Both the position numbers and the translations under genes were made by a program. From the human T2T-CHM13v2.0 reference genome, Homo sapiens: 64,000 bases of DNA. The notes under the pieces are model-generated. The model ran no database searches and was not told where the DNA came from. It was given only the letters and a program-made list of their open reading frames with translations. This document shows, one piece after another, positions 55,965 to 64,000 of this stretch (positions are counted from its first letter, which is position 1; each line of letters starts with the position of its first letter). The stretch lies in NCBI RefSeq assembly GCF_009914755.1, contig NC_060925.1. The stretch is one strand, 5' to 3'.

Positions 55965-58900
55965 GAAATGGATGGACTCATCATCGAATGGATTCGAATG
56001 GAATCATCGAATGAAATTGATTGAAATCATCATCAAATGGAATCGAAAGGAATCATTGAATGGAATCGAATGGAATCATCATCAGATGGAAATGAATGGA
56101 ATCATCATAGAATGGAATCGAATGGATTCATTGAGTGAAATCAGATGGAATCATCGAATGGACTTGAATGGAATCGTTGAATGGACTCGAATGGAATCAT
56201 TATTGAATGGAATTGAATAGAATCATCTAATGGTCTCGAATGGAATCATTATCAAATGAAGTCGAATGGAATCACCGAATAGAATCGAATGGAAAAATCA
56301 TCGAATGGACTCAAATGGAATTATCTTCAAATGGAATCAAATGGATTTATCGAATGCAATCGAATGTAATTATCGAATGCAATCGAATAGAATCATCGAA
56401 TGGACTCGAATGGAATCATCGAATGGAATGCAATGGATTAATCCATGGACTCGAATTCAATCACCATCGAATACAATCGAATGGAGTCATCGAATCGACC
56501 CAAATGGAATAATCATTGAATGGAATCGAATGGAATCATCGAGTGGAGTCGAATGGAATCATGATCAAATGGAATCGAATGTAATCATCATCAAATGGAA
56601 TCAAAAATAAACATCATCAATAGGTATTGAATGGAATTGTCATCAAATGGAATTCAAAGGAATCATCATCAAATGGAACCGAATGGAATCCTCATTGAAT
56701 GGAAATGAAAGGAGTCATCATCTAATGGAAACGCATGGAATCATCATCAAATGGAATCGAATGGAATCATCATCAAATGGAATCTAATGGAATCATTGAA
56801 CGGAATTGAATGGAATGGACATCGAATGAATTGAATGCAATCAACGAATGGTCTTGAATGGAACCACCTCCAAATGGAATGGAATGGAATCATCGCATAG
56901 AATCGAATGGAATTATCATCGAATGGACTCGAATGGAATCAACCTCAAACGGAATGAAACGGAATTATCGTATGGAATCGAAGAGAATCATCGAACGGAC
57001 TCGAATGGAATCATCTAATGGAATGGAATGGAAGAATCCATTGACTCGAATGCAATCATCATCGAATGGAATCGAATGGAATCATCGAATGGACTCGAAT
57101 GGAATAATCATTGAACGGAATCGAATGAATCATCATCGGATGGAAACGAATGGAATCATCATCGAATGGAATCGAATGGGATCATCAAATGGAATCAGAT
57201 GGAATCAACATCAAATGGAATCGAATAGAATTATGGAATGAAATCCAATGTGATCATCATTGAATGGACTCGAATGGAATCATCATCCAATGGAAACTAA
57301 TGGAATCAACATCGAATGGAATCGAATGGAAACACCATCGAATTGAAACGAATGGAATTATCATGAAATTGAAATGGATAGACTCATCATCGAATGGATT
57401 CGAATGGAATCATCGAATGAAATTGATTGAAATCATCATCAAATGGATTCGAAAGGAATCATTGAATGGAATCGAATGGAATCATCATCAGATGGAAATG
57501 AATGGAATCATCATAGAATGGAATCGAATGGATTCATTGAGTGAAATCAGATGGAATCATCGAATGGAATCAGATGGAATCATCATCAAATGGAATCGAA
57601 TAGAATTATGGAATGAAATCCAATGTGATCATCATTGAATGGACTCGAATGGAATCATCATCCAATGGAAACTAATGGAATCAACATCGAATGGAATCGA
57701 ATGGAAACACCATCGAATTGAAACGAAAGGAATTATCATGATATTGAAATGGATGGACTCATCATCGAATGGATTCGAATGGAATCATCGAATGAAATTG
57801 ATTGAAATCATCATCAAATGGAATCGAAAGGAATCATTGAATGGAATCGAATGGAATCATCATCAGGTGGAAATGAATGGAATCATCATAGAATGGAATC
57901 GCATGGATTCATTGAATGGAATCAGATGGAATCATCGAATGGACTTGAATGGAATCGTTGAATGGACTCGAATGGAATCATTATTGAATGGAATTGAATA
58001 GAATCATCGAATGGTCTCGAATGGAATCATTATCAAATGAAGTCGAATGGAATCACCGAATAGAATCGAATAGAACAATCATCGAATGGACTCAAATGGA
58101 ATTATCTTCAAATGGAATCAAATGGATTTATCGAATGCAATCGAATGGAATTATCGAATGCAATCGAATAGAATCATCGAATGGACTCGAATGGAATCAT
58201 CGAATGGAATGCAATGGATTAATCCATGGACTCGAATTCAATCACCATCGAATACAATCGAATGGAGTCATCGAATCGACTCAAATGGAATAATCATTGA
58301 ATGGAATCGAATGGAATCATCGAGTGGAATTGAATGGAATCATGATCAAATGGAATCGAATGTAATCATCATCAAATGGAATCAAAAATAAACATCATCA
58401 ATAGGTATTGAATGGAATTGTCATCAAACGGAATTCAAAGGAATCATCATCAAATGGAACCGAATGGAATCCTCATTGAATGGAAATGAAAGGAGTCATC
58501 ATCTAATGGAATCGCATGGAATCATCATCAAATGGAATCGAATGGAATCATCATCAAATGGAATCTAATGGAATCATTGAACGGAATTGAATTGAATCAT
58601 CATCGAATGAATTCAATGCAATCAACGAATGGTCTCGAATGGAACCACCTCCAAATGGAATGGAATGGAATCATCGCATAGAATCGAATGGAATTATCAT
58701 CGAATGGACTCGAATGGAATCAACATCAAACGGAATCAAACGGAATTATCGAATGGAATCGAAGAGAATCATCGAACGGACTCGAATGGAATCATCTAAT
58801 GGAATGGAATGGAAGAATCCATGGACTCGAATGCAATCATCATCGAATGGAATCGAATGGAATCATCGAATGGACTCGAATGGAATAATCATTGAACGGA

Positions 58901-61900
58901 ATCGAATGAATCATCATCGGATGGAAACGAATGGAATCATCAAATGGAATCAGATGGAATCATCATCAAATGGAATCGAATAGAATTATGGAATGAAATC
59001 CATTGTGATCATCATCGAATGGACTCGAATGGAATCATCATCCAATGGAAACTAATGGAATCAACATCGAATGGAATCGAATCAAACTCCATCGAATTGA
59101 AACGAATGGAATTATCATGAAATTGAAATGGATAGACTCATCATCGAATGGATTCGAATGGAATCATCGAATGAAATTGATTGAAATCATCATCAAATGG
59201 AATCGAAAGGAATCATTGAATGGAATCGAATGGAATCATCATCAGGTGGAAATGAATGGAATCATCATAGAATGGAATCGCATGGATTCATTGAATGGAA
59301 TCAGATGGAATCATCGAATGGACTTGAATGGAATCGTTGAATGGACTCGAATGGAATCATTATTGAATGGAATTGAATAGAATCATCGAATGGTCTCGAA
59401 TGGAATCATTATCAAATGAAGTCGAATGGAATCACCGAATAGAATCGAATGGAACAATCATCGAATGGACTCAAATGGAATTATCTTCAAATGGAATCAA
59501 ATGGATTTATCGAATGCAATCGAATGGAATTATCGAATGCAATCGAATAGAATCATCGAATGGACTCGAATGGAATCATCGAATGGAATGCAATGGATTA
59601 ATCCATGGACTCGAATTCAATCACCATCGAATACAGTCGAATGGAGTCATCGAATCGACTCAAAGGGAATAATCATTGAATGGAATCGAATGGAATCATC
59701 GAGTGGAATCGAATGGAATCATGATCAAATGGAATCGAATGTAATCATCATCAAATGGAATCAAAAATAAACATCATCAATAGGTATTGAATGGAATTGT
59801 CATCAAACGGAATTCAAAGGAATCATCATCAAATGGAACAGAATGGAATCCTCATTGAATGGAAATGAAAGGAGTCATCATCTAATGGAATCTCATGGAA
59901 TCATCATCAAATGGAATCGAATGGAATCATCATCAAATGGAATCTAATGGAATCATTGAACGGAATTGAATGGAATCCTCATCGAATGAATTCAATGCAA
60001 TCAACGAATGGTCTCGAATGGAACCACCTCCAAATGGAATGGAATGGAATCATCGCATAGAATCGAATGGAATTATCATCGAATGGACTCGAATGGAATC
60101 AACATCAAACGGAATCAAACGGAATTATCGAATGGAATCGAAGAGAATCATCGAACGGACTCGAATGGAATCATCTAATGGAATGGAATGGAAGAATCCA
60201 TGGACTCGAATGCAATCATCATCGAATGGAATCGAATGGAATCATCGAATGGACTCGAATGGAATAATCATTGAACGGAATCGAATGAATCATCATCGGA
60301 TGGAAACGAATGGAATCATCATCGAATGGAATCGAATGGGATCATCAAATGGAATCAGATGGAATCATCATCAAATGGAATCGAATAGAATTATGGAATG
60401 AAATCCAATGTGATCATCATGGAAGGGACTCGAATGGAATCATCATCCAATGGAAACTAATGGAATCAACATCGAATGGAATCGAATGGAAACACCATCG
60501 AATTGAAACGAATGGAATTATCATGAAATTGAAATGGATGGACTCATCATCGAATGGATTCGAATGGAATCATCGAATGAAATTGATTGAAATCATCATC
60601 AAATGGAATCGAAAGGAATCATTGAATGGAATCGAATGGAATCATCATCAGATGGAAATGAATGGAATCATCATAGAATGGAATCGAATGGATTCATTGA
60701 GTGAAATCAGATGGAATCATCGAATGGACTTGAATGGAATCGTTGAATGGACTCGAATGGAATCATTATTGAATGGAATTGAATAGAATCATCGAATGGT
60801 CTCGAATGGAATCATTATCAAATGAAGTCGAATGGAATCACCGAATAGAATCGAATGGAAAAATCATCGAATGGACTCAAATGGAATTATCCTCAAATGG
60901 AATCAAATGGATTTATCGAATGCAATCGAATTGAATTATCGAATGCAATCGAATAGAATCATCGAATGGACTCGAATGGAATCATCGAGTGGAATGCAAT
61001 GGATTAATCCATGGACTCGAATTCAATCACCATCGAATACAATCGAATGGAGTCATCGAATCGACCCAAATGGAATAATCATTGAATGGAATCGAATGGA
61101 ATCATCGAGTGGAGTCGAATGGAATCATGATCAAATGGAATCGAATGTAATCATCATCAAATGGAATCAGAAATAAACATCATCAATAGGTATTGAATGG
61201 AATTGTCATCAAATGGAATTCAAAGGAATCATCATCAAATGGAACCGAATGCAATCCTCATTGAATGGAAATGAAAGGAGTCATCATCTAATGGAAACGC
61301 ATGGAATCATCATCAAATGGAATCGAATGGAATCATCATCAAATGGAATCTAATGGAATCATTGAACGGAATTGAATGGAATGGACATCGAATGAATTGA
61401 ATGCAATCAACGAATGGTCTTGAATGGAACCACCTCCAAATGGAATGGAATGGAATCATCGCATAGAATCGAATGGAATTATCATCGAATGGACTCGAAT
61501 GGAATCAACCTCAAACGGAATCAAACGGAATTATCGTATGGAATCGAAGAGAATCATCGAACGGACTCGAATGGAATCATCTAATGGAATGGAATGGAAG
61601 AATCCATTGACTCGAATGCAATCATCATCGAATGGAATCGAATGGAATCATCGAATGGACTCGAATGGAATAATCATTGAACGGAATCGAATGAATCATC
61701 ATCGGATGGAAACGAATGGAATCATCATCGAATGGAATCGAATGGGATCATCAAATGGAATCAGATGGAATCAACATCAAATGGAATCGAATAGAATTAT
61801 GGAATGAAATCCAATGTGATCATCATTGAATAGACTCGAATGGAATCATCATCCAATGGAAACTAATGGAATCAACATCGAATGCAATCGAATGGAAACA

Positions 61901-64000
61901 CCATCGAATTGAAACGAATGGAATTATCATGAAATTGAAATGGATAGACTCATCATCGAATGGATTCGAATGGAATCATCGAATGAAATTGATTGAAATC
62001 ATCATCAAATGGATTCGAAAGGAATCATTGAATGGAATCGAATGGAATCATCATCAGATGGAAATGAATGGAATCATCATAGAATGGAATCGAATGGATT
62101 CATTGAGTGAAATCAGATGGAATCATCGAATGGAATCAGATGGAATCATCATCAAATGGAATCGAATAGAATTATGGAATGAAATCCAATGTGATCATCA
62201 TTGAATGGACTCGAATGGAATCATCATCCAATGGAAACTAATGGAATCAACATCGAATGGAATCGAATGGAAACACCATCGAATTGAAACGAAAGGAATT
62301 ATCATGATATTGAAATGGATGGACTCATCATCGAATGGATTCGAATGGAATCATCGAATGAAATTGATTGAAATCATCATCAAATGGAATCGAAAGGAAT
62401 CATTGAATGGAATCGAATGGAATCATCATCAGGTGGAAATGAATGGAATCATCATAGAATGGAATCGCATGGATTCATTGAATGGAATCAGATGGAATCA
62501 TCGAATGGACTTGAATGGAATCGTTGAATGGACTCGAATGGAATCATTATTGAATGGAATTGAATAGAATCATCGAATGGTCTCGAATGGAATCATTATC
62601 AAATGAAGTCGAATGGAATCACCGAATAGAATCGAATGGAACAATCATCGAATGGACTCAAATGGAATTATCTTCAAATGGAATCAAATGGATTTATCGA
62701 ATGCAATCGAATGGAATTATCGAATGCAATCGAATAGAATCATCGAATGGACTCGAATGGAATCATCGAATGGAATGCAATGGATTAATCCATGGACTCG
62801 AATTCAATCACCATCGAATACAATCGAATGGAGTCATCGAATCGACTCAAATGGAATAATCATTGAATGGAATCGAATGGAATCATCGAGTGGAATTGAA
62901 TGGAATCATGATCAAATGGAATCGAATGTAATCATCATCAAATGGAATCAAAAATAAACATCATCAATAGGTATTGAATGGAATTGTCATCAAACGGAAT
63001 TCAAAGGAATCATCATCAAATGGAACCGAATGGAATCCTCATTGAATGGAAATGAAAGGAGTCATCATCTAATGGAATCGCATGGAATCATCATCAAATG
63101 GAATCGAATGGAATCATCATCAAATGGAATCTAATGGAATCATTGAACGGAATTGAATTGAATCATCATCGAATGAATTCAATGCAATCAACGAATGGTC
63201 TCGAATGGAACCACCTCCAAATGTAATGGAATGGAATCATCGCATAGAATCGAATGGAATTATCATCGAATGGACTCGAATGGAATCAACATCAAACGGA
63301 ATCAAACGGAATTATCAAATGGAATCGAAGAGAATCATCGAACGGACTCGAATGGAATCATCTAATGGAATGGAATGGAAGAATCCATGGACTCGAATGC
63401 AATCATCATCGAATGGAATCGAATGGAATCATCGAATGGACTCGAATGGAATAATCATTGAACGGAATCGAATGAATCATCATCGGATGGAAACGAATGG
63501 AATCATCAAATGGAATCAGATGGAATCATCATCAAATGGAATCGAATAGAATTATGGAATGAAATCCATTGTGATCATCATCGAATGGACTCGAATGGAA
63601 TCATCATCCAATGGAAACTAATGGAATCAACATCGAATGGAATCAAATCAAACACCATCGAATTGAAACGAATGGAATTATCATGAAATTGAAATGGATA
63701 GACTCATCATCGAATGGATTCGAATGGAATCATCGAATGAAATTGATTGAAATCATCATCAAATGGAATCGAAAGGAATCATTGAATGGAATCGAATGGA
63801 ATCATCATCAGGTGGAAATGAATGGAATCATCATAGAATGGAATCGCATGGATTCATTGAATGGAATCAGATGGAATCATCGAATGGACTTGAATGGAAT
63901 CGTTGAATGGACTCGAATGGAATCATTATTGAATGGAATTGAATAGAATCATCGAATGGTCTCGAATGGAATCATTATCAAATGAAGTCGAATGGAATCA
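55965..64000 (+). repeat. Three-monomer higher-order repeat, period 4566 bp (1781+1379+1406), running off the window end
   Basis: Constant offset of 4566 for 56266->60832, 56858->61424, 57639->62205, 58639->63205 and 59045->63611. Confidence 0.9.

Larger units (their letters stand above)
836..63156 (+). repeat. 43 complete ~1.3-1.4 kb-class monomers (range 1244-2010 bp)
   Basis: The anchor ATGGAATCGTCATCGAATGAATTGAATGCAATCAACGAATGGTCTCGAATGGAACCACCTCC (or a close variant) occurs at 836, 2243, 4201, 5523, 6907, 8314, 9635, 11087, 12491, 13735, 14982, 16305, 17627, 18950, 20272, 21516, 22923, 24304, 26262, 27584, 28968, 30349, 31756, 33077, 34529, 35933, 37254, 38661, 40671, 42055, 43436, 44843, 46164, 47616, 49020, 50341, 51748, 53706, 55028, 56810, 58591, 59970, 61376 and 63157. 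Confidence 0.92.
1..64000 (+). repeat. Human satellite II (HSat2/HSATII)-type pericentromeric tandem array, GGAAT strand on +
   Basis: Continuous GAATGGAATC/GAATGGACTC/ATCATCGAATGG motifs. The reverse complement is CATTCGATTC...GATGAT, the HSat2 signature, rather than pure (CATTC)n or CATTCCATTC-dominated HSat3. TCGA sites are very dense. No non-satellite sequence seen. Confidence 0.97.

Noticed and set aside
21-63946. All listed ORFs as protein-coding genes
   Set aside because: They are low-complexity translations of the pentamer satellite in overlapping frames. They are disrupted by 1-, 23-, 26- and 101-bp indels and by stops in paralogues, and show no recognisable domain.
1-64000. CRISPR array or other repeat-spacer system
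   Set aside because: There are no unique spacers and no cas-like genes; the intervals between repeats are themselves satellite.
1-64000. HSat3 / pure (GGAAT)n
   Set aside because: GGAAT runs are at most about 3 copies. The dominant motifs are GAATCGAATG and ATCATC, which are HSat2-type.
1-64000. Inversion or embedded Alu/L1/unique island
   Set aside because: No CATTC-strand segment, poly-A tail or non-satellite stretch was seen on reading. Very short events could have been missed.
1-64000. Specific chromosome/subfamily assignment (e.g. HSat2A on chr1q12)
   Set aside because: Plausible from array size and the ~1.4-kb period, but it needs alignment or subfamily k-mer classification that I cannot run.

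Overview
The whole 64 kb window is one uninterrupted block of classical pericentromeric satellite DNA of the human satellite II (HSat2/HSATII) type. It is built from diverged GGAAT/CGAAT pentamers forming 23/26-bp sub-units such as GAATGGAATCATCATCAAATGGAATC. The purine-rich GGAAT strand is + throughout. I saw no inversion, transposon, RNA gene or credible protein-coding gene; the ORF track is a translation artefact of the satellite. I found no novel gene system. The structure of interest is the nested repeat architecture. There are 44 copies of a once-per-monomer anchor, defining monomers of about 1.24-2.0 kb (modes 1322 and 1407 bp) built from two interchangeable head and two interchangeable tail modules. 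These monomers form a 9-10-monomer higher-order repeat (14,357 and 13,087 bp periods) and a larger superstructure of about 20.7-23.4 kb. There are also local near-identical duplications (2645, 1381, 4566 bp), mappable recombination junctions, and a switch near 55 kb to a different sub-lineage with about 1.78-kb monomers. Periods were derived by hand from anchor/ORF coordinates and diagnostic variants. Species, chromosome and subfamily cannot be confirmed without alignment.
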